Source: Auanema rhodensis (taxonomy: Eukaryota > Animalia > Nematoda). Taken from it: a stretch of DNA of 64,000 nt. The notes beneath the pieces are model-generated. The model saw nothing but the letters and a program-made list of their open reading frames with translations, did no database searches and was not told where the DNA came from. The stretch's first letter is position 1, and the number at the start of each line of letters is the position of its first letter. Shown one piece after another: positions 1-13,116 of the stretch. The position numbers and the translations under genes were made by a program. The stretch is taken from positions 11,284,001 through 11,348,000 of the forward strand of contig OZ059898.1 of the NCBI GenBank assembly GCA_964057225.1. The letters are read 5' to 3'.

Positions 1-2564
1 TTTTAGAAATGTCTCTTCTAGTTTTTTCAAAAGAAAATACAAATGAGAATTTCACCTTTTTTGGATGTTAAAAGTGCTTGTGAATGGAATTGGTAAGAAC
101 TATTGTGAAAGAAAAAACAAATCGATCAAGTTGACATGCACATTAAGTTACATGAGAAGGTCATTTTAAATTTTTCAGGTAGGTTATAAACTTTTAAATG
201 AAAACCTCAAATTTCTGTTAAATGTTAATGATGAATATAGCGGAAACATGAAAGGCATCTTGAATAAATAGATCATTAAGCTTAAACCATTAATGATGTG
301 TATCAAGTCAGAGATATAAAATGTGAAAATATTTAATTCTTTCTCTCTCTCTCTCTCCCATTAAATGTTTTGTTCGTAATTTCAAGTATTAAACAGATAT
401 CAACTAAATTTTTATTTCTATTTATGTTAATTCAAGATAAGAAAACGTTATACGAACTCGAAAAATAAAATTTAAAACAAACTTTTTATGAATAATTCTA
501 ATCATTTTTTAAAAAAATATATTGAAAGATCTTCTTTCTATATTCAATACAAAATATGTTTGGCAACAAAAAAGACTGACATCAACACTGGATATGACAT
601 GAAAAATAAAAATAAAACTTTTTTTGAAAACTTTTATTTTCTAAAATTTTCATATGAATATTGGTTAAATATTTTAAAATTATAATTATACGTTTAAATG
701 AATATTTGAAATCGGCAAGTTCAAAAAGTTGATAAAGAAAACGATTATTTTTTTTTTCGCCCATTCACTCAGTTTTATGAGCTAATCATTGAAGCCAAAC
801 GATATTTTCAGAATTCTATAAAAATTTTAAACTCTCTCATACTACGTCTTGAATACTTCATCCAATAGCTTTTTTCCTGAAGTTAAAGCCAATTGGTGGT
901 GATTCTTTTTTTTAATTCTTTTTTTTTTCTGTTTCAAACACTTGTCACCTTCCGGGTGTATCATACGATGTGTTTTATAGATATTCATTACAGTTATACT
1001 ATATTTTATGAGTTATAAAGGCTAGTATAGTTAACATTTATAATAATAAAGTAAAAGTTAATAGATTTTGAAAAAGTGGGAGCAGTTAAGCATTTGATGA
1101 CATGTTATAACGATGTGTGAAATAGATAACGATGATTGACTGACTGTAAGTAATAAGTAGTAAGCCAAAAGATTTTATAATCTTATGGGTTATCTAGGAT
1201 CTCAATCGTTGTCTGAATTAGGCTTCTTGAGTATCGATGAAAGTATTGACAGTGAAATGTGTGATACATCGATATGAAACATCTATCCATGCATATGTCA
1301 ACAGAAATCGGATTAACAGATCCATTTTCACCTATATTTTCACAGTTATATTCTGACAAGTAATATTTCTAAATAGTATAAATATATATATTCACATATA
1401 ATTGAAAATAAATGATATATATCTACATTAGGGTTCAAATAATGAATAAACTATGAAATATATTATATAAAAACATAAACTACTACAAGTTTTATAATTT
1501 AAATTATTATTTTGTAAAAAAGCATGTTATTATTTCATATTCAGATAATTTATAAGATTACCAAATACTATAAGTTCTATTAGTTGTTAAGATCAAAAAG
1601 AATAACAAAGAAAACTCATTTACATCCTTGACCGGAAATCTTAATAGTCTGTATATTAATGCTCATCAAAGTGATATAAACTTAATATTTGATGTATTTT
1701 TTATAAGAAATTGTTATCAGATGAATACTATTTGATTGACATGATTTGTCGGAAGTTTATTCATTTTACCATGTTCTGTTATCAATTTCTCGTAATCTTT
1801 GAGGAAGTTATTAATGTTTCTTTTATTTTGCTGTCGGATGAGGACACTCGAACAAAGGGAAAAACAGAAATGTTAAGGTCACTCTTAGAAAGAAACACAC
1901 CGATTACCTCTTAATCTTGCTTTGTATCTCGCTTGCTTGTCAACTTATCCTTATTATTTTCTTCTATACCTATCGTTCTATCCTTTTTTATCCGTTTACT
2001 ATATCTAACACCTGTGAGATAATTTTTTTTTTCATTTAAGGATATTAGGGACCGCTCCCTAGGCTTATACATTAATAACTTAAGTATTCAGCTTTTCTAA
2101 GAAAATACTCGAAGCTAATCTTTCAACCAGAACCAAAAAAAATCTTGTAGCTTAAAACGAAACTAGTTACAAGTTCTGTCTCAACTTCTCAATTAAACAT
2201 CACAAAATACTCTCATTTTCTCATCTTTAAACTACAATTATATGAATAGATGCAATTATGTATTGAAGTTTCAATGTTTTAAGTCTGTGGATGCGTTGAA
2301 CTGTCGCTAGCCGGACAACCAAAATGACGACCACGACAACTTTGACCACGAAAGCGACTGATGTTCACTTTCAGGCCACGGATACTGACCGGGACATACT
2401 TGAATTGACGACCTATGGAGATGTATTCAGGTCAATGAAAATCCGAGAAATCGTTAACAGCCACAATCTGCACGATCCGCCCCGTCTTCGGACTAAATCG
2501 CCTGAGGCGTAAATTCGCATCTTCCAGACGTTGCGCCTTTATTCTGTAAGGACAGGAGGACGTA

Positions 2565-4403
2565 ATGTTTTCTAAACCATCACATTTGATACTTTTCTTT
2601 ATAATTCAATTAACTATCTATCAATCAGCTCAAGCTGGTTCAGTTCAAGTTTGTCGAGATATTAGAGACTGCGAAACTTGTGCTGATTCCTATATTCATG
2701 TGCTCGGCTTTCGAGAGCAATGTCGGTAAGTCTTTCATCTTACTCTCTACATGAATCTTTTTAATTCGCTCATCTTTCATCTTTCATGTTTTCATTAGAT
2801 TATAAAAACATAAATTAAAATTGAATACTTTATACTATACATGCATAGTAGATAATCCTTGATTAATAATCGACTATTTTTTTCCTCAGTTGGTGCGTAG
2901 AAACGAACAGCTGTGGCGGTCCGCTTTCATGCCCACTGGGAAAGGCCGCTGTTCAAAGGGATCCGTTCCGTTGTCCTCAAAAAGTAATCAGATTAATGAA
3001 ATTTATATATTTGTTTAAAAAATAATAATATTATTATTTTTTCAGTTTTCAATCGCTAAGGGAAAACGTTATACTGATGAGTTAGGCCGTTCTGTGTTTG
3101 GTGTAGCAATATCGGTGAAAGCTGATAATGCTTCAGAATGCTTAGAGAACGTTCGTCCAGACATCAAGTATGATATAGATTAGATTTAGATGTTTATTCA
3201 AAAACATTTTCAGCTACGTTAAGCAATATTCTGTTGAATGTGATGGAGCTGGAAATAGCTGTGGAGGTATTTTAGCTTCAAGTGATGAAGCTAAAGGTAT
3301 TTATGTTGCTTTTAAAGGTAGCAACTTTGATAAACAAGTCTGTATCATTTTTGTACGTATAAAGCATCTTTTAGTTTCCAGATTCTTGCTGAATTCATTC
3401 ATGGATTAGCTGCTCAACTGGGAGCTTGGGAGAAATTTGAAAGTAAAGAAGCTGGTGTTATTACTTATTTCCATGTTGCTTTCAACAGGTTCTCACATCA
3501 TACAACTACTTAATATTTTCAAATAAAAATGTTTGCAGATTATTCATCGATAGTGGAATGAATGATGATTTGATGGAGTTAAAGAAAAAACATCCAAATT
3601 ATAGAGTTTGGGTAAGTCGTTTGATATCTGTCTTATCTTTTGAATTCATTTGATCGTAGAGTGAGAAGAATTTTTAGAAATATTTTATATTATAAACATA
3701 AATGAAATACTGAATACATTAGTGTAAAAACATAGATATCCTTTGATTTATATTAAAATTTTTAGCTGACTGGACACTCTCTTGGAGGTTCATTAGCTTC
3801 TATGACTGCCCTTTACTTGGTTAAACACGGATCATTTGAAGCATCCAAGGTAATTGAATTTTATATATTTTATATTTTTTATATTTTTTGTATTTATTAA
3901 CTTAAGGTTCGTCTACTGACTTATGGAGAGCCAAGAACTGGAAATACTGCTTATGCCAGGGAAATTGAGAAATATGTTCCATTCCGTTACCGTGTTGTTC
4001 ATCGTAATGATGCTGTAAGTATAGAAATATTTAAATTTGATCACTGATATCAACTATCAGATTTCAAATTTACCTGCTTCTGCTGATCCAAACACTCCAC
4101 TTATGACATCATCCATGTTTGATCGTCAGCCCTTATTCTATCGTCACTTAGTTCATTATGATAACAAAATGGAAAAAGGAGATACTTTCAAGGTACTTAG
4201 AATAATGATTTATAAAGATTGTTTCTTGTTGAAAACATTTTTATGATCCTGTTTTGTTTCAGATTTGTGAGCTATCCGATGATCATGGTTGTCGCAATTT
4301 AGCTATGGCTGCCGATTTCCAAGATCATTTCAGCTACTTCGGCCTTAATCACAACGATTTTGTTCGCGACGGATGTGTTCGTAGACAATTGATTTTCGAT
4401 TGA
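2565..4403 (+). CDS. Secreted class 3 (fungal-type) lipase, multi-exon
   Basis: Hand splicing gives a signal peptide (MFSKPSHLILFFIIQLTIYQSAQA), a small Cys-rich N-domain, the nucleophile elbow GHSLGG (~3772-3789), YGEPRTGN, RVVHRND and DHFSYF, with stop TGA at 4401-4403. Introns are GT-AG. Confidence 0.9.
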
Positions 4404-4614
4404 ATATTTCGGAAAAAAAACGAGAAAAATTTCAAAATTGACACGTTTTTCATGTAATAACTTCATATCACATATGGTTACAATGATCTTCAAATATAAT
4501 CCTTTGATCAGGGTTATACCAATCAATTAATTTTTAATAAATTTTAATAAATATATAAATAAAATATAAAAATGTATATGCTTTATTACATAAATATACT
4601 ATTTATATATGGGA

Positions 4615-5932
4615 CTATGAGCTATTTCCCTCATTATCAAGCATAGGTCGAAAAGTTCTAAGCACTAAACCAGAACCCCGAGCAATAAATAGACATTCAG
4701 ATGAATGCCAGCTGAAACAATATTGTATGTTTACCAGTTGAAAATATCAAATTGAACTGACCTTGTATCAAGTATATCACTAGTTTTTGAAATTTCGTGA
4801 TAAGGTAGCCTTAAACCCTGTTGAGTCGATATTCTTTCTGATAAGTTATGAATAAATAGACTGAAAGAAAAAATAAATTTGGAAAACAAATTTGAAAGAT
4901 TGATCTGTATACCTGGTTTCATCTGTAGAAGTTAAAAATCGATATCGGCTAGAGAAAGCTAAAGATTTGATATTATGTTCTTGTAATTTCTGATTTTGAT
5001 GTTGCTTTTTCGTGTGAAGATCATTGATCTGAATAAACCCATCGCATTCGGCTAATGCTATATATCGTTCGGATGCATCCAAAGCATAAAAACATTGTTC
5101 TAAACAGATAAGTGCTATCACGAACTAAAAGTCCCATTTCATACTTGAATATCGTTTCTTTGGACCATATAGTTCAACAGGCTTACTCTGACGAATATCC
5201 CATAAAGCCAAGTTTCCATCTAGAGTCGTAGATGTAAACATGCAACCGTTCCAGCATTTGATGTTTAATGCTCCTCCAGAATGATCAAACTTTCTGAACC
5301 TAGCTCCAGTTTCAACATCCACTATTGATATTCCAGAACGTGAGCCAAGTAATAGCAGATTCTGTTCTGTTACTAAGTCTTCCATGAATGCAGCACATAG
5401 TGCTGGACTTTCTGTTTTAATCCTGGTTGACTTATCTGAAAAAAGCTGGAACATTTGCTTGAAAATTTCGAATAACCCAGTTTACTTTCTGTGATTATAC
5501 GGCCATTTGATGGATCATGTTGAGATAGAAACACACAATCGGAAGTTTGAGCTGTAGATACGGATAAATTGGCTAATGGATTCATCCGAACACTGCGTAC
5601 TCGAGTTCTACATAATCTTGATCTGCTGACCTTTTTCATTTCACCTCTGAACGTTTGAAATCGATATTTCAAAGAATTAAAAGAAAAACATACGTAGTTA
5701 TATTTACATCAATTGTATTTAAATTACCATCCGTATCTCCTGTTATTAAAAAATTTGGATAGTGAGAGTTATTTGACCAATCTAGAGATGTTGCTGGATA
5801 ATCTATATCCATACACTGCTCTGTCCATGTTGTCTAAAATGAAATGTTCGTTTAAAATCACAAAAATCTATAATAATATTCTGAAGAACTTACTTTGTGA
5901 AAATGATTGAATAAACTAATAAAATCGCTCAT
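4615..5932 (-). CDS. WD40-repeat protein, multi-exon
   Basis: Spliced exons read MSDFISLFNHFHK / TSLDWSNNSHYPNFLITGDTDGNLNTID / TSTTLDGNLALWDIRQ / HNIKSLAFSS, ending WHSSECLFIARGSGLVLRTFRPMLDNEGNSS*. Convergent with the lipase gene. Exact orthologue not identified. Confidence 0.8.
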
Positions 5933-7045
5933 ATGAAAGAAGATGAAGAGTTCGTAGATCAATCAATTTCTGTAAAAGGACGTAACGTCTTCGTATTCCA
6001 GAAAAAAGATGAAAGTAAGACGAACAGTGAACGAAATAGAGAATAAGAGCGAGAGGGAAAGAAATACCGAAGATAAAAGATAATTATGAATGTTTCCTAT
6101 TACTTATGGGAAGTTAAATTCAAGAAAACAATCAGAACTTTCTTTATATCTACAACAAATTTGGAAAAATCATTGATGTGGAAAAGAAAGTGAAGAAGCG
6201 ATTCAATATATTATCAATAGCCTAAGATCAGTGTCCAAAAGAAAAAAATGAAACAAATTTTGAAATAACACTCAATATAAGCTTACGTAAGTTTATGTGA
6301 AAACGTTCATTACAAAAAATAGTTGAAACAGCTGCTATTTGGAGCAGTTAACGATGAATATTTGAAACATACATATATTTTAAAATATTTTTTTATTATT
6401 TTTCTTTATTTTTATTGTTAATAACGTATAAAACTAATAAAAAGATTTTGTTAATATTACTTTAATCAGTAAAATCATAATGGTATACCGGCTTAGATGA
6501 AAGGTTACAAAACTGATTAGAACCATTATAGTTGAATAAATTAAAAATTTCATATATTTCTATGTTTGTATAATAACAAATCTTATAGAATGTTTAATGA
6601 AAAATGAGAAAGAATTATTTTGAAACTTAAACTAACGGTCACATTCTTTACATTCTGACTGCAATGTATGATTCCTATGCTCGTATTCACAAAAATCAAT
6701 GACAATATATTTGAAGAAATAGGTATGTCACTCAAATAACTACTGACTTCTTTCAAAAACATTATACATATGTACATAAAAGACAAATGAAAATGTGTGA
6801 AAATCAGAAAAAAGAACGGATTAAGAAGACCAGCTAAGCGCATAGTCGACAACCCCACACCCCTCTAACGAAAAAAAGCTGATATCATCATTTTGAATCA
6901 AAAAGAAGCTTTGTGATAAGAGTATTCATGTGCCAAAAAGGTAAATTCCATGTATGTATGTGTATAACGAAAAAGAGAGTGAAATTTTATTCATTCCAAC
7001 ATAATATAAAACAAGCAGAAAAGGTTAGTTAAAAAATTAAATAGT

Positions 7046-7992
7046 TTAGAACCCTTTCAACTCGATTTCTTCCTTCAGTTTTGCCTGCGCAGCTGATTTC
7101 CCACTCTTCTTACCTATTCCAAATAAAATGCAATTTTGAATTAACATTAATCCTATAAATAGATTGATCTCAACAATCAGCTTCAATTATGTCATATAGT
7201 TTACCAAAGAAAGTTACTAAGCAGCAGATGAATGCAATTAGAAAATTCCAAATTTGATTGTTTGCTGCCGAACATAGAAGTTCCTTTTTCTCTTCACAGA
7301 ATACCAAATCAATTTTCTTAAAAAAATAGAATTTTGTTCAATTGAATAAAGAAGAACATGACCAACCTTATTACTAATACGGTTTACAATAGCTGGTATA
7401 AGAACTTGAAAATCAAAGCATTGCTGATTCAACAAACTACAGAATGAGAAAATTCCTCCAATAAAGATGAAGTAGACTGAACAAAAAAATGTTATTACTT
7501 CTTATTTCTTTAATATCATTAACCTAAAGTTACAGCTGATACAAAGCATGTAAGTAAAACCCAGCACATCATAAAAGCTTGGGATGAAAAACTTGATAAT
7601 AAGAGCATACACAATGTGCCAAGACATGACGTTTTTCGAATAACTTTAGCTAAAATACAATAATATAAGTGAATGAATAGACATTATAGTTATATAATAC
7701 CTGCACTTAAATAAGATACAAATAAATAAACTATGAATATTAAAACAATAATAAAAACCACAAATTGTAATGTAATTGAACCAAAATCACCAACACTTAC
7801 AAATGCATTTACCTAAAAATAGAAATTCTTTCCATCTATTTCTTTGAAAAAGAGATTTTCAGATAGAAAAATACTTACCTGTCTAGAAAAGCCACTTAAT
7901 GCTCTATTGAATAATATACTAAAGACTAAAGATGATAATATAGAAATGATTGTGGCTAAGGCTGATATCCATACTGACGGTGAAGACAACAT
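7046..7992 (-). CDS. Four-TM membrane protein, probably myelin proteolipid/M6 (nmgp-1-like) family
   Basis: Six short exons splice into 4 hydrophobic segments with a Cys-patterned second loop (FCSLLNQQCFDFQVL...FCEEKKELLCS) and a charged tail (AKLKEEIELKGF*). Family call rests on topology and Cys pattern only. Confidence 0.65.
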
Positions 7993-10900
7993 AGAAGCAG
8001 TTTTCTGAAATTTTCTTTCATTCTTGCATTCAAATTGAAAACAACTACTCTGGTCAAAAGGGTTTTGGTTTTTGTCTTTTCTTAAAAGAACGTCAACATA
8101 AAAGTTAATTTATATTGGTTGGAAACAAAGATTTTATGATTAGAAATAAGTTTTAAATTATAGCTTTTGTTATCTTATATAATATATTACAATATAGTAA
8201 AGGTTAATTAATATAAATTAAAATAAAGTATTAACGTTTGTTAAAGATAATCTGACTAAAATTTGGTTATTTAATGTTTTCATATTGGTTCAAAATTTCC
8301 AAAAAAAGCTATAATGGTTAGACATTTAAATCTAAATAAATATTTTTGACAGAAGTATGAGGATGTAACAAAGATAAGCCGAATAGAAAAGGAAGTCTAT
8401 TCGCGAAAAAACAAATAAGTTTTTTTCGTTTCTTTTTCATTTGTTTGAGGCATTAAAGTTTAAAAAAAAAGTTTTTTTTAGAATAATCGAGAATGAAAAA
8501 ATGAAAATGAGTTTGTTATTTTTGATAAATACAATAAGATATAGACACATTTATATGAGAGGTAAAAGTAAAGAGATAAAGCAAAAAGAAAAGAAATCAA
8601 AAACGTTAAAAAGAAAAAGGAAAGTGAAAATGGCAGAAACATAACTTAAAAGAGAGTGAAAACAAGAAAACATGATATATTATAACAGACAGCAGCACCT
8701 TTTCACAACAATATTTTGAAAATCTTTAAATATAATCAATATAGTTAGTTGATTATAAAGATTTTTCATCAATATATATCAAAGGATTAAGCCTAGATTT
8801 TGTTGTTTTCGCAATAAAGTTTAATCTTTTTTTATTCAAAATAATTTTGAGTAATACCTTTCTAATTTGACGATCATTTTTTAGTGGCACAACTTCTTCC
8901 ATAATCTAAAAATAAAACTAAATTCAAAAGAATAAAAGAATAAAAGGAAAATATATAAGAATATGAAATAATTTGTATATTTTAAGCACAAAGATGGTAT
9001 ACGATGCTGTTTAAACCATTAAAACATTAGAAAACAATGAATGGTGAACAGTTAAATAAGTTGATTGTGAAGTTCAAATCAAATTATCAAAGAAGTCGTA
9101 CGTTTATAAATATTTTTTGGTCCAAACTGACGAAGTAAGCATCTGAACAACAAACGAACTAACAATCGATACATAATGAGAGAGCATAGATAAGTGTTGA
9201 AAAAACGAAGAGAAATTAGAGAAAAGAGAATGTTATTGGGACAAGATAGGATGCATTGAGTCTGGTAGCGTGGAAGAGGAAGTGTTGTGTGGCTGACTAC
9301 ATAATAGGGTCATATTGACCTCATAGGTGCAAATAAAATTAAAAGTGGATGTAAAAATATTGGAAAAAAAACATTCAGATATTGATATGTTAATATGAGG
9401 ATTTGATGGAATTTAGACTTCAATTCTAGAATTTTTGCATTATTTGAGAGATTTCAAGTAAATCGGTCATGCCATGTGATACAAATCTGATTCTGTCCAA
9501 TTCAATAGGCAGGTTTGCAATTCTCGCTTTCATTATTTAACTTGCCCCTTGCCTTTCATATATTTATTTTGATGTTTTCATCCATTTGCTTCTTTGCTTA
9601 TGGCATTCATCACGTTTCTTAGTATAATATTAACACTTGAGGAATATGATGATCCACTTGAAATACGATTAACAGTAAATTTCCAGAATTCATTGAAGTT
9701 AGCCAGTTGACCTTTGATCATCATCCCTAATTCTATCTTTCTTTCGTTAGTGGAACGTTTTGAATATCCATAAGAATGATTCTCAGATCATTGAAAGCCC
9801 CCCCCCTCTCCCCCGTATATCGTTCACTTGATAGACCCCCCTAGGCGTTACTGATGTGTCATGTGCGTTGAATGTTTTATTCATGGCCTTGTTAGCTCTT
9901 AAGGATTTTTTTCTGAAAATCTTCTTAACTCTTCGTAACTAGTTTGTCATGGCCTTCGTCCAAATATGTAATCTTTCAGAATAAAATGGAGCTAAAGGTG
10001 AGGTGAAGTCAATGTGAAGAAGACAACACACAAGGTAGACCGTTATAGTACAACCCATGATCTTAGAGCTGAAACAGCAATGTGTTAGTTGACCCAGTTC
10101 CATATTCATTTCCAAATTGGTTCAACAAACTTACAAAGAAACATTATATGATCTTCATTATTCACACACAGATGTGAACTATTATTTGTATGCATGTATG
10201 TATACATTCTGTAATTACATTTGCTACATTTTTTTGTTTTTTTACTGTGTTCATGCTCAAAACTTATTTTATTTGTTGAGCTGCGTTTATGAGTTCAAGT
10301 TCAACTTGACAATGCCAGTATTTTTGATTTTATTTGCTTACTTTACTTTATTTCCAAACTCACCTGCTTGAATCAATCTTTCTTGAATCATGATGAATTT
10401 AAGCTTGTTTCCTGTTTATAATGAACTGTGATTCACTTCGCTCTTATTCCGATCGGATTTTGATATTTTACTGCCAAATTGTCATTCTTGATCGGATTCC
10501 AAAATGTTTCTCTCAGTCCTTTGATATGTTCAGTCTTAACTATACAGCAAAATTCTTATTCAATTCCAGAATGTCTACGTGAGATGTGAGGTCTTTTTCC
10601 TTCATATTGTCTTTGAATTAATCTTCAAACCATTCCTTTATATCTTCTCCCTTTCTGTTTCTCTCTCTCTCTCTGTCTCCTTTTTTTCTTTTCTTGAGCT
10701 TCGATGTTTTTTTTTTACTTTTTCAGCCCTGATTCATCTCCTATTTTTCGTGGGGGCGTCTATGGTTGCCATGAGAAGAAGCTTATCTTCATCTCACTTC
10801 ATCTTTATAAACATACCCGTGATAAATATATTTAAGATGCAATACTAAAATTTGGATTTTCTTTGTTATATTCAGACTTCTTCACGATCGGCATTTTTCG

Positions 10901-11445
10901 AAAAAATTCAAATATCAAATGTTCATATGTAGAACTAATTGCATGACATACTTTAAAAATATCATTAATACCGAACATTTTTGAGACATTTTTTCATCTA
11001 AATTCAAAATGACACAAAAGAAAGTTGCACTTTATGATTTCAATTAAATTAGATTATGATACTGTTCAATGAGATTAATATAACTGAAAATACTTATATT
11101 CAAGTAATTGAATCTGATATGGCACTGATATGGCTTCATATAATTTATACCAATGAATGAAGATTCAATAAAAAATTTTAGTTAAACAACAATCATAATG
11201 TGATCTTTTGTGATCGAAATATTCACGTAATCTATGAAGCCTCTCTATTGAATCTTCTTCTTAAATTCACCTTCATCTATTTTGGACCGTATTGGAACGA
11301 AAAGAAAATTGCATTGACTGATAACTAGAGCCTAGTCAAAAACTTGATGATTAGCAGCTTTGATTCCGTTCGTTGCCATTTCACGTGAGATTAACACGTA
11401 GAATTTTTCAAAACTAAAGTTCAAATTTGGAAAAACACAGTGAAG

Positions 11446-11510
<65 letters not shown>

Positions 11511-11512
11511 CT
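11446..11512. repeat. (CT)n microsatellite
   Basis: About 33 CT units with a few CTTT interruptions. Confidence 0.95.
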
Positions 11513-13116
11513 TTTGTTTCCTATATATAACAAACTATATATAATTATATACATAGGTTGAATGTTTTTTGGGTTATCTTTTCATACATATTTCAAATTT
11601 CATACTAAAGTTTAATCTTAATAGGTGGTCATGATAGAAATTTTCTGATAAAATTATTTTTAATACATAAAAGAGAAAACAAGAAAAACAAAATTCTTAG
11701 AACAGAATGGCTTCATATATGCATTTGGAAGAAATGTTTCGAAAAAAGCAATGCAACACATGATGCGATTAAGCTGATCTAAAAGAAAGAAATAGCTTTA
11801 TCGAATCAAAAAGTGGTTAGGGACTTTATTTCTGTATTTAAATACGATTTAATTAATAGAATAAATGTCTATGATTTACTGTTTTAATTCAAACTATATA
11901 TTTTTGAAAAATTATTTGACTTCTTCAGTTCTTCAATCAAATCAACGTCATCATTTGTTATTCCTAATCATTTCTGTAGTTCTTCTACAAAAACAGATGT
12001 ATCACGTAATATGTGTATTGCAAAGTTCAATAAAATGTTAAAACTATTATACAGTTAACCTACAAAAGATAAGATTTTGTTCTTGTTTGTTATAAATTAT
12101 TTTTATACAAATATACATATACATCGACATACACATCGTTTGACCGTATAAGCAAAGAGGCAGCATAACCTGTTAGCTCCGCCTATTTCATATGAAGTCT
12201 GAATGGTCGTACAGGACGACATTGAAAAGAGGCGGTGCCAATGATAGTGAAGAGACTAAAAAGAGCTTAGTCGCTTCATTTCTTGTTGTTGCATATGGTG
12301 GAAAGAAAAAAAAAGTCGGAGAAATCATACAAAATATCCAAAAAAGGTTTGATGTTGCTTTCATTTTTTCATTGTTCATTGCGTACTATAATTAGCTATT
12401 TAGAATTAAATAGTGACACTTGATTACAACGTACTCTGATGAACTTATCAACTTATTTTTTAATTTTTATTGTTTTTACAAAACTTCTTCTCTGTACTAC
12501 ATAAGTATTGCCAGATCATTGTTCAATATCCATTTATAATATGAAAGAAACGCTTCTTTCACTTTTTTGCTTATTCAAATGCTTCTTTCTCTTCATATAA
12601 CAAATTAAATTTTACAGAACCTGATATTGCTTAAGTTACAAACCACAAATTCAATAACCAAACTATGAATGTTATTTCTTTTTGACTCTTTTTCTCATTT
12701 TGTTTCTCAATTAACTCCTTTTTTCAGTTTTTTATCTAATATCAAACTATATTTCTTTGTAAACTCAATGTTATAACTATTATCAACGCTTTTCATCAAT
12801 AATAATTGCGGATGAAAAAGACATTTTCTTCTTTTTCTCTTTTACATTTTCGTCTTCGATTTCTCATTTTTTTTCTATTTTTCACCATTGATCTTATGAA
12901 TTTTTTCTCTGAATCTGAAGATCGTCTTCAAAGATTATCAAACTTCCAAACGGCCTCAAGCCACCTCCTCCGCAACATTTTGGGATATTTTTCTCTCATT
13001 GTCAAGTTTGTCTGCTACAACACATCTCCATTATTTTATTTTTTGATAAAGCTTTTTGGTTCTTCTTCTTAACACGGTTTCATTTTTTTATCTCTTTGGA
13101 TTTTAATTATTTTAGT

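Noticed and set aside
1-1300. Possible terminal exons of an upstream gene (e.g. 1199-1277)
   Set aside because: Only short open stretches that could not be linked in frame.
8000-13100. Short ORFs in the intergenic region between the tetraspan and FMO genes, and similar ones such as 25995-26375
   Set aside because: Low-complexity Phe/Leu/Ile/Lys translations typical of AT-rich non-coding DNA.
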